Part shown: one piece after another, positions 50,301 through 64,000 of the stretch
Numbering within the stretch: position 1 is the first letter of the stretch
Layout of the letters: each line of letters starts with the position of its first letter
Notes under the pieces: model-generated
The model's database searches: none
Told to the model about the DNA's origin: nothing
The model's input: only the letters and a program-made list of their open reading frames with translations
Made by a program: the position numbers and the translations under genes
DNA from: Eledone cirrhosa
Taxonomy: Eukaryota
Direction: 5' to 3'
Assembly (NCBI GenBank): GCA_964016885.1
Contig: OZ024750.1
Coordinates: 34,224,001-34,288,000, forward strand
Length of the DNA: 64,000 nucleotides

Positions 50301-53300
50301 CTAACATGGGCAGTTTCAGTCTTATCCTAACACATGGGCAGCTTCAGTCTTATCCTAACACATGGGCAGCTTGAGTCTTATCCTAACATGGGCAGCTTGA
50401 GTCTTATCCTAACACATGGGCAGCTTCAGTCTTATCCTAACATGGGCAGCTTGAGTCTTATCCTAACATGGGCAGCTTGAGTCTTATCCTAACATGGGCA
50501 GCTTGAGTCTTATCCTAACATGGGCAGCTTCAGTCTTATCCTAACACATAGGCAGCTTGAGTCTTATCCTAACACATGGGCAGCATGAGTCTTATCCTAA
50601 CACAAGGGCAGCATGAGTCTTATCCTAACACAAGGGCAGCTTGAGTCTTATCCTAACACATGGGCAGCTTCAGTCTTATCCTAACACAAGGGCAGCATGA
50701 GTCTTATCCTAACACATGGGCAGCTTGAGTCTTATCCTAACACATGGGCAGCTTGAGTCTTATCCTAACACATGGGCAGCTTGAGTGTTATCCTAACATG
50801 GGCATCTTGAGATTTATCCTAACATGGGCAGCTTCAGTCTTATCCTAACATGGGCAGCTTCAGTCTTATCCTAACATGGGCAGCTTCAGTCTTATCCTAA
50901 CACATGGGCAGCTTCAGTCTTATCCTAACATGGGCAGCTTGAGTCTTATCCTAACACATGGGCAGCTTCAGTCTTATCCTAACACATGGGCAGCTTCAGT
51001 CTTATCCTAACACATGGGCAGCTTGAGTCTTATCCTAACATGGGCAGCTTGTGTCTTATCCTAACATGGGCAGCTTGAGTCTTATCCTAACATGGGCAGC
51101 TTCAGTCTTATCCTAACATGGGCAGCTTCAGTCTTATCCTAACATGGGCAGCTTCAGTCTTATCCTAACATGGGCAGCTTGAGTCTTATCCTAACATGGG
51201 CAGCTTCAGTCTTATCCTAACATGGGCAGCTTGAGTCTTATCCTAACATGGGCAGCTTGAGTCTTATCCTAACATGGGCAGCTTGAGTCTTATCCTAACA
51301 TGGGCAGCTTCAATCTTATCCTAACATGGGCAGCTTGAGTGTTATCCTAACATGGGCAGCTTCAGTCTTATCCTAACACATGGGCAGCTTGAGTCTTATC
51401 CTAACATGGGCAGCTTGAGTCTTATCCTAACATGGGCAGCTTGAGTCTTATCCTAACATGGGCAGCTTCAGTCTTATCCTAACACATGGGCAGCTTCAGT
51501 CTTATCCTAACATGGGCAGCTTGAGTCTTATCCTAACATGGGCAGCTTGAGTCTTATCCTAACACATGGGCAGCTTGAGTCTTATCCTAACACATGGGCA
51601 GCTTGAGTCTTATCCTAACACATGGGCAGCTTGAGTCTTATCCTAACACATGGGCAGCTTGAGTCTTATCCTAACATGGGCAGCTTGAGTCTTATCCTAA
51701 CATGGGCAGCGCGAGTCTTATCCTAACACATGGGCAGCTTGAGTCTTATCCTAACACATGGGCAGCTTGAGTCTTATCCTAACACTTGGGCAGCTTGAGT
51801 CTTATCCTAACACATGGGCAGCTTCAGTCTTATCCTAACACAAGGGCAGCTTGAGTCTTATCCTAACACATGGGCAGCTTCAGTCTTATCCTAACACATG
51901 GGCAGCTTGAGTCTTATCCTAACACATGGGCAGCTTCAGTCTTATCCTAACACATGGGCAGCTTCAGTCTTATCCTAACACATGGGCAGCTTCAGTCTTA
52001 TCCTAACATGGGCAGCTTGTGTCTTATCCTAACATGGGCAGCTTGAGTCTTATCCTAACACATGGGCAGCATGAGTCTTATCCTAACATGGGCAGCTTGA
52101 GTCTAATCCTAACACATGGGCAGCTTGAGTCTTATCCTAAAATGGGCAGCTTGAGTCTTATCCTAACATGGGCAGCTTGAGTCTTATCCTAACACATGGG
52201 CAGCTTGAGTCTTATCCTAACATGGGCAGCTTGTGTCTTATCCTAACATGGGCAGCTTGAGTCTTATCCTAACACATGGGCAGCTTGAGTCTTATCCTAA
52301 CACATGGGCAGCTTGAGTCTTATCCAAACATGGGCAGCTTGAGTCTTATCCTAACACATGGGCAGCTTGAGTCTTATCCTAACATGGGCAGCTTGAGTCT
52401 TATCCTAACATGGGCAGCTTGAGTCTTATCCTAACACATGGGCAGTTTGAGTCTTATCCTAACACATGGGCAGCTTGAGTCTTATCCTAACACATGGGCA
52501 GCTTGAGTCTTATCCTAACATGGGCAACTTGAGTCTTATCCTAACACATGGGCAGCTTCAGTCTTATCCTAACACATGGGCAGCTTGAGTCTTATCCTAA
52601 CACATGGGCAGCTTGAGTCTTATCCTAACACATGGGCAGCTTGAGTCTTATCCTAACACATGGGCAGCTTGAGTCTTATCCTAACACATGGGCAGCTTGA
52701 GTCTTATCCAAACATGGGCAGCTTGAGTCTTATCCTAACACATGGGCAGCTTGAGTCTTATCCTAACATGGGCAGCTTGAGTCTTATCCTAACATGGGCA
52801 GCTTGAGTCTTATCCTAACACATGGGCAGTTTGAGTCTTATCCTAACACATGGGCAGCTTGAGTCTTATCCTAACACATGGGCAGCTTGAGTCTTATCCT
52901 AACATGGGCAACTTGAGTCTTATCCTAACACATGGGCAGCTTCAGTCTTATCCTAACACATGGGCAGCTTCAGTCTTATCCTAACACAAGGGCAGCTTGA
53001 GTCTTATCCTAACACATGGGCAGCTTGAGTCTTATCCTAACATGGGCAGCTTGAGTCTTATCCTAACATGGGCAGCTTCAGTCTTATCCTAACACATGGG
53101 CAGCTTCAGTCTTATCCTAACACAAGGGCAGCTTGAGTCTTATCCTAACACATGGGCAGCTTGAGTCTTATCCTAACATGGGCAGCTTGAGTCTTATCCT
53201 AACACGGGCAGCTTCAGTCTTATCCTAACACATGGGCAGCTTCAGTCTTATCCTAACACAAGGGCAGCTTCAGTCTTATCCTAACACATGGGCAGCTTGA

Positions 53301-56300
53301 GTCTTATCCTAACATGGGCAGCTTGAGTCTTATCCTAACATGGGCAGCTTCAGTCTTATCCTAACATGAGCAGCTTCAGTCTTATCCTAACACATGGGCA
53401 GCTTGAGTCTTATCCTAACACATGGGCAGCTTCAGTCTTATCCTAACACATGGGCAGCTTCAGTCTTATCCTAACACAAGGGCAGCTTGAGTCTTATCCT
53501 AACACATGGGCAGCTTCAGTCTTATCCTAACACAAGGGCAGCTTGAGTCTTATCCTAACACATGGGCAGCTTCAGTCTTATGCTAACACATGGGCAGCTT
53601 CAGTCTTATCCTAACACAAGGGCAGCTTGAGTCTTATCCTAACACATGGGCAGCTTCAGTCTTATCCTAACATGGGCAGCTTCAGTCTTATCCTAACACA
53701 TGGGCAGCTTCAGTCTTATCCTAACACATGGGCAGCTTGAGTCTTATCCTAACATGGGCAGCTTGAGTCTTATCCTAACACATGGGCAGCTTGAGTCTTA
53801 TCCTAACATGGGCAGCGCGAGTCTTATCCTAACACATGGGCAGCTTGAGTCTTATCCTAACATGGGCAGCGCGAGTCTTATCCTAACACATGGGCAGCTT
53901 GAGTCTTATGCTAACACATGGGCAGCTTGAGTCTTATCCTAACACATGGGCAGCTTGAGTCTTATCCTAACACATGGGCAGCTTCAGTCTTATCCTAACA
54001 TGGGCAGCTTGAGTCTTATCCTAACATGGGCAGCGCGAGACTTATCCTAACATGGGCAGCTTGAGTCTTATCCTAACACATGGGCAGCTTCAGTCTTATC
54101 CTAACATGGGCAGCTTGAGTCTTATCCTAACACATGGGCAACTTCAGTCTTATCCTAACATGGGCAGCGCGAGTCTTATCCTAACACATGGGCAGCTTGA
54201 GTCTTATCCTAACACATGGGCAGTTTCAGTCTTATCCTAACATGGGCAGCGCGAGTCTTATCCTAACATGGGCAGCTTGAGTCTTATCCTAACACATGGG
54301 CAGCTTCAGTCTTATCCTAACATGGGCAGCGCGAGTCTTATCCTAACATATGGGCAGCTTGAGTCTTTTCCTAACACATGGGCAGCTTCAGTCTTATCCT
54401 AACATGGGCAGCTTGAGTCTTATCCTAACATGGGCAGCTTGAGTCTTATCCTAACACATGGGCAGCTTCAGTCTTATCCTAACACATGGGCAGCTTCAGT
54501 CTTATCCTAACACATGGGCAGCTTGAGTCTTATCCTAACACATGGGCAGCATGAGTCTTATCCTAACACATGGGCAGCTTGAGTCTTATCCTAACATGGG
54601 CAGCTTGAGTCTTATCCTAACACATGGGCAGCTTGAGTCTTATCCTAAAATGGGCAGCTTGTGTCTTATCCTAACATGGCAGCTTGAGTCTTATCCTAAC
54701 ACATGGGCAGCATGAGTCTTATCCTAACATGGGCAGCTTGAGTCTTATCCTAACACATGGGCAGCTTGAGTCTTATCCTAAAATGGGCAGCTTGAGTCTT
54801 ATCCTAACATGGGCAGCTTGAGTCTTATCCTAACACATGGGCAGCTTGAGTCTTATCCTAACATAGGCAGCTTGTGTCTTATCCTAACATGGGCAGCTTG
54901 AGTCTTATCCTAACACATGGGCAGCTTGAGTCTTATCCTAACACATGGGCAGCTTGAGTCTTATCCAAACATGGGCAGCTTGAGTCTTATCCTAACACAT
55001 GGGCAGCTTGAGTCTTATCCTAACATGGGCAGCTTGAGTCTTATCCTAACATGGACAGCTTGAGTCTTATCCTAACACATGGGCAGTTTGAGTCTTATCC
55101 TAACACATGGGCAGCTTGAGTCTTATCCTAACACATGGGCAGCTTGAGTCTTATCCTAACATGGGCAGCTTGAGTCTTATCCTAACACATGGGCAGCTTC
55201 AGTCTTATCCTAACACATGGGCAGCTTGAGTCTTATCCTAACACATGGGCAGCTTGAGTCTTATCCTAACACATGGGCAGCTTGAGTCTTATCCTAACAC
55301 ATGGGCAGCTTGAGTCTTATCCTAACATGGGCAGCTTCAGTCTTATCCTAACACATGGGCAGCTTGAGTCTTATCCTAACATGGGCAGCTTGAGTCTTAT
55401 CCTAACATGGGCAGCTTGAGTCTTATCCTAACATGGGCAGCTTCAGTCTTATCCTAACACATGGGCAGCTTCAGTCTTATCCTAACATGGGCAGCTTGAG
55501 TCTTATCCTAACATGGGCAGCTTGAGTCTTATCCTAACACATGGGCAGCTTGAGTCTTATCCTAACACATGGGCAGCTTGAGTCTTATCCTAACACATGG
55601 GCAGCTTGAGTCTTATCCTAACACATGGGCAGCTTGAGTCTTATCCTAACATGGGCAGCTTGAGTCTTATCCTAACATGGGCAGCGCGAGTCTTATCCTA
55701 ACACATGGGCAGCTTGAGTCTTATCCTAACACATGGGCAGCTTGAGTCTTATCCTAACACTTGGGCAGCTTGAGTCTTATCCTAACACATGGGCAGCTTC
55801 AGTCTTATCCTAACACAAGGGCAGCTTGAGTCTTATCCTAACACATGGGCAGCTTCAGTCTTATCCTAACACATGGGCAGCTTGAGTCTTATCCTAACAC
55901 ATGGGCAGCTTCAGTCTTATCCTAACACATGGGCAGCTTCAGTCTTATCCTAACACATGGGCAGCTTGAGTCTTATCCTAACATGGGCAGCTTGAGTCTT
56001 ATCCTAACATGGGCAGCTTCAGTCTTATCCTAACACATGGGCAGCTTCAGTCTTATCCTAACACAAGGGCAGCTTGAGTCTTATCCTAACACATGGGCAG
56101 CTTGAGTCTTATCCTAACATGGGCAGCTTGAGTCTTATCCTAACATGGGCAGTTTCAGTCTTATCCTAACACATGGGCAGCTTCAGTCTTATCCTAACAC
56201 ATGGGCAGCTTGAGTCTTATCCTAACATGGGCAGCTTGAGTCTTATCCTAACACATGGGCAGCTTCAGTCTTATCCTAACATGGGCAGCTTGAGTCTTAT

Positions 56301-59300
56301 CCTAACATGGGCAGCTTGAGTCTTATCCTAACATGGGCAGCTTGAGTCTTATCCTAACATGGGCAGCTTCAGTCTTATCCTAACACATAGGCAGCTTGAG
56401 TCTTATCCTAACACATGGGCAGCATGAGTCTTATCCTAACACAAGGGCAGCATGAGTCTTATCCTAACACAAGGGCAGCTTGAGTCTTATCCTAACACAT
56501 GGGCAGCTTCAGTCTTATCCTAACACAAGGGCAGCATGAGTCTTATCCTAACACATGGGCAGCTTGAGTCTTATCCTAACACATGGGCAGCTTGAGTCTT
56601 ATCCTAACACATGGGCAGCTTGAGTGTTATCCTAACATGGGCATCTTGAGATTTATCCTAACATGGGCAGCTTCAGTCTTATCCTAACATGGGCAGCTTC
56701 AGTCTTATCCTAACATGGGCAGCTTCAGTCTTATCCTAACACATGGGCAGCTTCAGTCTTATCCTAACATGGGCAGCTTGAGTCTTATCCTAACACATGG
56801 GCAGCTTCAGTCTTATCCTAACACATGGGCAGCTTGAGTCTTATCCTAACACATGGGCAGCTTGAGTCTTATCCTAACATGGGCAGCTTGTGTCTTATCC
56901 TAACATGGGCAGCTTGAGTCTTATCCTAACATGGGCAGCTTCAGTCTTATCCTAACATGGGCAGCTTCAGTCTTATCCTAACATGGGCAGCTTCAGTCTT
57001 ATCCTAACATGGGCAGCTTGAGTCTTATCCTAACATGGGCAGCTTGAGTCTTATCCTAACATGGGCAGCTTGAGTCTTATCCTAACATGGGCAGCTTGAG
57101 TCTTATCCTAACATGGGCAGCTTGAGTCTTATCCTAACATGGGCAGCTTCAATCTTATCCTAACATGGGCAGCTTGAGTGTTATCCTAACATGGGCAGCT
57201 TCAGTCTTATCCTAACACATGGGCAGCTTGAGTCTTATCCTAACATGGGCAGCTTGAGTCTTATCCTAACATGGGCAGCTTGAGTCTTATCCTAACATGG
57301 GCAGCTTCAGTCTTATCCTAACACATGGGCAGCTTCAGTCTTATCCTAACATGGGCAGCTTGAGTCTTATCCTAACATGGGCAGCTTGAGTCTTATCCTA
57401 ACACATGGGCAGCTTGAGTCTTATCCTAACACATGGGCAGCTTGAGTCTTATCCTAACACATGGGCAGCTTCAGTCTTATCCTAACACATGGGCAGCTTG
57501 AGTCTTATCCTAACATGGGCAGCTTGAGTCTTATCCTAACATGGGCAGCGCGAGTCTTATCCTAACACATGGGCAGCTTGAGTCTTATCCTAACACATGG
57601 GCAGCTTGAGTCTTATCCTAACACTTGGGCAGCTTGAGTCTTATCCTAACACATGGGCAGCTTCAGTCTTATCCTAACACAAGGGCAGCTTGAGTCTTAT
57701 CCTAACACATGGGCAGCTTCAGTCTTATCCTAACACATGGGCAGCTTGAGTCTTATCCTAACACATGGGCAGCTTCAGTCTTATCCTAACACATGGGCAG
57801 CTTCAGTCTTATCCTAACACATGGGCAGCTTCAGTCTTATCCTAACATGGGCAGCTTGTGTCTTATCCTAACATGGGCAGCTTGAGTCTTATCCTAACAC
57901 ATGGGCAGCATGAGTCTTATCCTAACATGGGCAGCTTGAGTCTAATCCTAACACATGGGCAGCTTGAGTCTTATCCTAAAATGGGCAGCTTGAGTCTTAT
58001 CCTAACATGGGCAGCTTGAGTCTTATCCTAACACATGGGCAGCTTGAGTCTTATCCTAACATGGGCAGCTTGTGTCTTATCCTAACATGGGCAGCTTGAG
58101 TCTTATCCTAACACATGGGCAGCTTGAGTCTTATCCTAACACATGGGCAGCTTGAGTCTTATCCAAACATGGGCAGCTTGAGTCTTATCCTAACACATGG
58201 GCAGCTTGAGTCTTATCCTAACATGGGCAGCTTGAGTCTTATCCTAACATGGGCAGCTTGAGTCTTATCCTAACACATGGGCAGTTTGAGTCTTATCCTA
58301 ACACATGGGCAGCTTGAGTCTTATCCTAACACATGGGCAGCTTGAGTCTTATCCTAACATGGGCAACTTGAGTCTTATCCTAACACATGGGCAGCTTCAG
58401 TCTTATCCTAACACATGGGCAGCTTGAGTCTTATCCTAACACATGGGCAGCTTGAGTCTTATCCTAACACATGGGCAGCTTGAGTCTTATCCTAACACAT
58501 GGGCAGCTTGAGTCTTATCCTAACACATGGGCAGCTTCAGTCTTATCCTAACACATGGGCAGCTTGAGTCTTATCCTAACACATGGGCAGCTTGAGTCTT
58601 ATCCTAACACATGGGCAGCATGAGTCTTATCCTAACACATGGGCCGCTTGAGTCTTATCCTAACACATGGGCAGCTTCAGTCTTATCCTAACACAAGGGC
58701 AGCTTGAGTCTTATCCTAACACATGGGCAGCTTCAGTCTTATCCTAACACATGGGCAGCTTCAGTCTTATCCTAACACAAGGGCAGCTTGAGTCTTATCC
58801 TAACACATGGGCAGCTTGAGTCTTATCCTAACATGGGCAGCTTGAGTCTTATCCTAACATGGGCAGCTTCAGTCTTATCCTAACACATGGGCAGCTTCAG
58901 TCTTATCCTAACACAAGGGCAGCTTGAGTCTTATCCTAACACATGGGCAGCTTGAGTCTTATCCTAACATGGGCAGCTTGAGTCTTATCCTAACACGGGC
59001 AGCTTCAGTCTTATCCTAACACATGGGCAGCTTCAGTCTTATCCTAACACAAGGGCAGCTTCAGTCTTATCCTAACACATGGGCAGCTTGAGTCTTATCC
59101 TAACATGGGCAGCTTGAGTCTTATCCTAACATGGGCAGCTTCAGTCTTATCCTAACATGAGCAGCTTCAGTCTTATCCTAACACATGGGCAGCTTGAGTC
59201 TTATCCTAACACATGGGCAGCTTCAGTCTTATCCTAACACATGGGCAGCTTCAGTCTTATCCTAACACAAGGGCAGCTTGAGTCTTATCCTAACACATGG

Positions 59301-62300
59301 GCAGCTTCAGTCTTATCCTAACACAAGGGCAGCTTGAGTCTTATCCTAACACATGGGCAGCTTCAGTCTTATGCTAACACATGGGCAGCTTCAGTCTTAT
59401 CCTAACACAAGGGCAGCTTGAGTCTTATCCTAACACATGGGCAGCTTCAGTCTTATCCTAACATGGGCAGCTTCAGTCTTATCCTAACACATGGGCAGCT
59501 TCAGTCTTATCCTAACACATGGGCAGCTTGAGTCTTATCCTAACATGGGCAGCTTGAGTCTTATCCTAACACATGGGCAGCTTGAGTCTTATCCTAACAT
59601 GGGCAGCGCGAGTCTTATCCTAACACATGGGCAGCTTGAGTCTTATCCTAACATGGGCAGCGCGAGTCTTATCCTAACACATGGGCAGCTTGAGTCTTAT
59701 GCTAACACATGGGCAGCTTGAGTCTTATCCTAACACATGGGCAGCTTGAGTCTTATCCTAACACATGGGCAGCTTCAGTCTTATCCTAACATGGGCAGCT
59801 TGAGTCTTATCCTAACATGGGCAGCGCGAGACTTATCCTAACATGGGCAGCTTGAGTCTTATCCTAACACATGGGCAGCTTCAGTCTTATCCTAACATGG
59901 GCAGCTTGAGTCTTATCCTAACACATGGGCAACTTCAGTCTTATCCTAACATGGGCAGCGCGAGTCTTATCCTAACACATGGGCAGCTTGAGTCTTATCC
60001 TAACACATGGGCAGTTTCAGTCTTATCCTAACATGGGCAGCGCGAGTCTTATCCTAACATGGGCAGCTTGAGTCTTATCCTAACACATGGGCAGCTTCAG
60101 TCTTATCCTAACATGGGCAGCGCGAGTCTTATCCTAACATATGGGCAGCTTGAGTCTTTTCCTAACACATGGGCAGCTTCAGTCTTATCCTAACATGGGC
60201 AGCTTGAGTCTTATCCTAACATGGGCAGCTTGAGTCTTATCCTAACACATGGGCAGCTTCAGTCTTATCCTAACACATGGGCAGCTTCAGTCTTATCCTA
60301 ACACATGGGCAGCTTGAGTCTTATCCTAACACATGGGCAGCATGAGTCTTATCCTAACACATGGGCAGCTTGAGTCTTATCCTAACATGGGCAGCTTGAG
60401 TCTTATCCTAACACATGGGCAGCTTGAGTCTTATCCTAAAATGGGCAGCTTGTGTCTTATCCTAACATGGGCAGCTTGAGTCTTATCCTAACACATGGGC
60501 AGCATGAGTCTTATCCTAACATGGGCAGCTTGAGTCTTATCCTAACACATGGGCAGCTTGAGTCTTATCCTAAAATGGGCAGCTTGAGTCTTATCCTAAC
60601 ATGGGCAGCTTGAGTCTTATCCTAACACATGGGCAGCTTGAGTCTTATCCTAACATAGGCAGCTTGTGTCTTATCCTAACATGGGCAGCTTGAGTCTTAT
60701 CCTAACACATGGGCAGCTTGAGTCTTATCCTAACACATGGGCAGCTTGAGTCTTATCCAAACATGGGCAGCTTGAGTCTTATCCTAACACATGGGCAGCT
60801 TGAGTCTTATCCTAACATGGGCAGCTTGAGTCTTATCCTAACATGGACAGCTTGAGTCTTATCCTAACACATGGGCAGTTTGAGTCTTATCCTAACACAT
60901 GGGCAGCTTGAGTCTTATCCTAACACATGGGCAGCTTGAGTCTTATCCTAACATGGGCAGCTTGAGTCTTATCCTAACACATGGGCAGCTTCAGTCTTAT
61001 CCTAACACATGGGCAGCTTGAGTCTTATCCTAACACATGGGCAGCTTGAGTCTTATCCTAACACATGGGCAGCTTGAGTCTTATCCTAACACATGGGCAG
61101 CTTGAGTCTTATCCTAACACATGGGCAGCTTCAGTCTTATCCTAACACATGGGCAGCTTGAGTCTTATCCTAACACATGGGCAGCTTGAGTCTTATCCTA
61201 ACACATGGGCAGCATGAGTCTTATCCTAACACATGGGCAGCTTGAGTCTTATCCTAACACATGGGCAGCTTCAGTCTTATCCTAACACAAGGGCAGCTTG
61301 AGTCTTATCCTAACACATGGGCAGCTTCAGTCTTATCCTAACACATGGGCAGCTTCAGTCTTATCCTAACACAAGGGCAGCTTGAGTCTTATCCTAACAC
61401 ATGGGCAGCTTGAGTCTTATCCTAACATGGGCAGCTTGAGTCTTATCCTAACATGGGCAGCTTCAGTCTTATCCTAACACATGGGCAGCTTCAGTCTTAT
61501 CCTAACACAAGGGCAGCTTGAGTCTTATCCTAACACATGGGCAGCTTGAGTCTTATCCTAACATGGGCAGCTTGAGTCTTATCCTAACATGGGCAGCTTC
61601 AGTCTTATCCTAACACATGGGCAGCTTCAGTCTTATCCTAACACAAGGGCAGCTTCAGTCTTATCCTAACACATGGGCAGCTTGAGTCTTATCCTAACAT
61701 GGGCAGCTTGAGTCTTATCCTAACATGGGCAGCTTCAGTCTTATCCTAACATGAGCAGCTTCAGTCTTATCCTAACACATGGGCAGCTTGAGTCTTATCC
61801 TAACACATGGGCAGCTTCAGTCTTATCCTAACACATGGGCAGCTTCAGTCTTATCCTAACACATGGGCAGCTTCAGTCTTATCCTAACACATGGGCAGCT
61901 TCAGTCTTATCATAACATGGGCAGCTTCAGTCTTATCCTAACACATGGGCAGCTTCAGTCTTATCCTAACACATGGGCAGCTTGAGTCTTATCCTAACAC
62001 ATGGGCAGCTTCAGTCTTATCCTAACACATGGGCAGCTTCAGTCTTATCCTAACACAAGGGCAGCTTGAGTCTTATCCTAACACATGGGCAGCTTCAGTC
62101 TTATCCTAACACAAGGGCAGCTTGAGTCTTATCCTAACACATGGGCAGCTTCAGTCTTATGCTAACACATGGGCAGCTTCAGTCTTATCCTAACACAAGG
62201 GCAGCTTGAGTCTTATCCTAACACATGGGCAGCTTCAGTCTTATCCTAACATGGGCAGCTTCAGTCTTATCCTAACACATGGGCAGCTTCAGTCTTATCC

Positions 62301-64000
62301 TAACACATGGGCAGCTTGAGTCTTATCCTAACATGGGCAGCTTGAGTCTTATCCTAACACATGGGCAGCTTGAGTCTTATCCTAACATGGGCAGCGCGAG
62401 TCTTATCCTAACACATGGGCAGCTTGAGTCTTATCCTAACATGGGCAGCGCGAGTCTTATCCTAACACATGGGCAGCTTGAGTCTTATGCTAACACATGG
62501 GCAGCTTGAGTATTATCCTAACACATGGGCAGCTTGAGTCTTATCCTAACACATGGGCAGCTTCAGTCTTATCCTAACATGGGCAGCTTGAGTCTTATCC
62601 TAACATGGGCAGCGCGAGACTTATCCTAACATGGGCAGCTTGAGTCTTATCCTAACACATGGGCAGCTTCAGTCTTATCCTAACATGGGCAGCTTGAGTC
62701 TTATCCTAACACATGGGCAGCTTCAGTCTTATCCTAACATGGGCAGCGCGAGTCTTATCCTAACACATGGGCAGCTTGAGTCTTATCCTAACACATGGGC
62801 AGCTTCAGTCTTATCCTAACATGGGCAGCGCGAGTCTTATCCTAACATGGGCAGCTTGAGTCTTATCCTAACACATGGGCAACTTCAGTCTTATCCTAAC
62901 ATGGGCAGCGCGAGTCTTATCCTAACATATGGGCAGCTTGAGTCTTTTCCTAACACATGGGCAGCTTCAGTCTTATCCTAACATGGGCAGCTTGAGTCTT
63001 ATCCTAACATGGGCAGCTTGAGTCTTATCCTAACACATGGGCAGCTTCAGTCTTATCCTAACACATGGGCAGCTTGAGTCTTATCCTAACACATGGGCAG
63101 CTTGAGTCTTATCCTAACACATGGGCAGCATGAGTCTTATCCTAACACATGGGCAGCTTGAGTCTTATCCTAACATGGGCAGCTTGAGTCTTATCCTAAC
63201 ACATGGGCAGCTTCAGTCTTATCCTAAAACATGGGCAGCTTGAGTCTTATCCTAACACATGGGCAGCTTCAGTCTTATCCTAACACATGGGCAGCTTCAG
63301 TCTTATCCTAACACAAGGGCAGCTTCAGTCTTATCCTAACACATGGGCAGCTTGAGTCTTATCCTAACATGGGCAGCTTGAGTCTTATCCTAACATGGGC
63401 AGCTTCAGTCTTATCCTAACATGAGCAGCTTCAGTCTTATCCTAACACATGGGCAGCTTGAGTCTTATCCTAACACATGGGCAGCTTCAGTCTTATCCTA
63501 ACACATGGGCAGCTTCAGTCTTATCCTAACACAAGGGCAGCTTGAGTCTTATCCTAACACATGGGCAGCTTCAGTCTTATCCTAACACAAGGGCAGCTTG
63601 AGTCTTATCCTAACACATGGGCAGCTTCAGTCTTATGCTAACACATGGGCAGCTTCAGTCTTATCCTAACACAAGGGCAGCTTGAGTCTTATCCTAACAC
63701 ATGGGCAGCTTCAGTCTTATCCTAACATGGGCAGCTTCAGTCTTATCCTAACACATGGGCAGCTTCAGTCTTATCCTAACACATGGGCAGCTTGAGTCTT
63801 ATCCTAACATGGGCAGCTTGAGTCTTATCCTAACACATGGGCAGCTTGAGTCTTATCCTAACATGGGCAGCGCGAGTCTTATCCTAACACATGGGCAGCT
63901 TGAGTCTTATCCTAACATGGGCAGCGCGAGTCTTATCCTAACACATGGGCAGCTTGAGTCTTATGCTAACACATGGGCAGCTTGAGTCTTATCCTAACAC
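11393..64000. repeat. Satellite DNA array, 28-bp unit ACATGGGCAGCTTGAGTCTTATCCTAAC and 26-bp variant lacking one AC; >52.6 kb, about 1,900 units, continues beyond the window
   Basis: Uninterrupted head-to-tail units in one orientation. Common variants are TTGAG/TTCAG, CATGAG, CAAGGG and GCGCGAG. Unit count is estimated as length divided by ~27. Confidence 0.99.

Noticed and set aside
11947-63985. Repeated ORFs MGSLSLILTHGQLESYPN
   Set aside because: They arise wherever 28- and 26-bp units alternate (54 bp = 18 codons); other unit orders hit stops within a few units.
11393-64000. CRISPR array
   Set aside because: Units abut directly with no unique spacers, there are no cas genes, and the context is eukaryotic.
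11393-64000. Telomeric repeat (unit contains CCTAAC, i.e. TTAGG on the minus strand)
   Set aside because: Only a 5-6 bp match, no G/C strand skew (6 G, 7 C per unit), and the TTAGG strand points toward the unique DNA. Kilobase duplications indicate recombination rather than telomerase synthesis.

Overview
Eukaryotic, AT-rich, repeat-saturated DNA. The SINE families and microsatellite density suggest a cephalopod (octopus-like) genome; this is an inference from recognised repeat motifs. Bases 1-11,392 are a mosaic of decayed RTE-clade LINE fragments, at least three tRNA-derived SINE families (several nested, with intact target-site duplications), two TTAA-flanked MITEs, micro/minisatellites and two possible small minus-strand exons. 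The most notable element is a non-coding Penelope-like insertion (~7596-9848) with a perfect 265-bp inverted repeat. Each arm carries a type I hammerhead-ribozyme motif with an unusually long (~116 nt) stem II. From 11,393 to the window end is one uninterrupted head-to-tail satellite of a 28/26-bp unit (ACATGGGCAGCTT[G/C]AGTCTTATCCTA[AC]) with nested kilobase-scale duplications. No intact protein-coding gene is supported; the ORF-track peptides in microsatellites and the satellite are artefacts.
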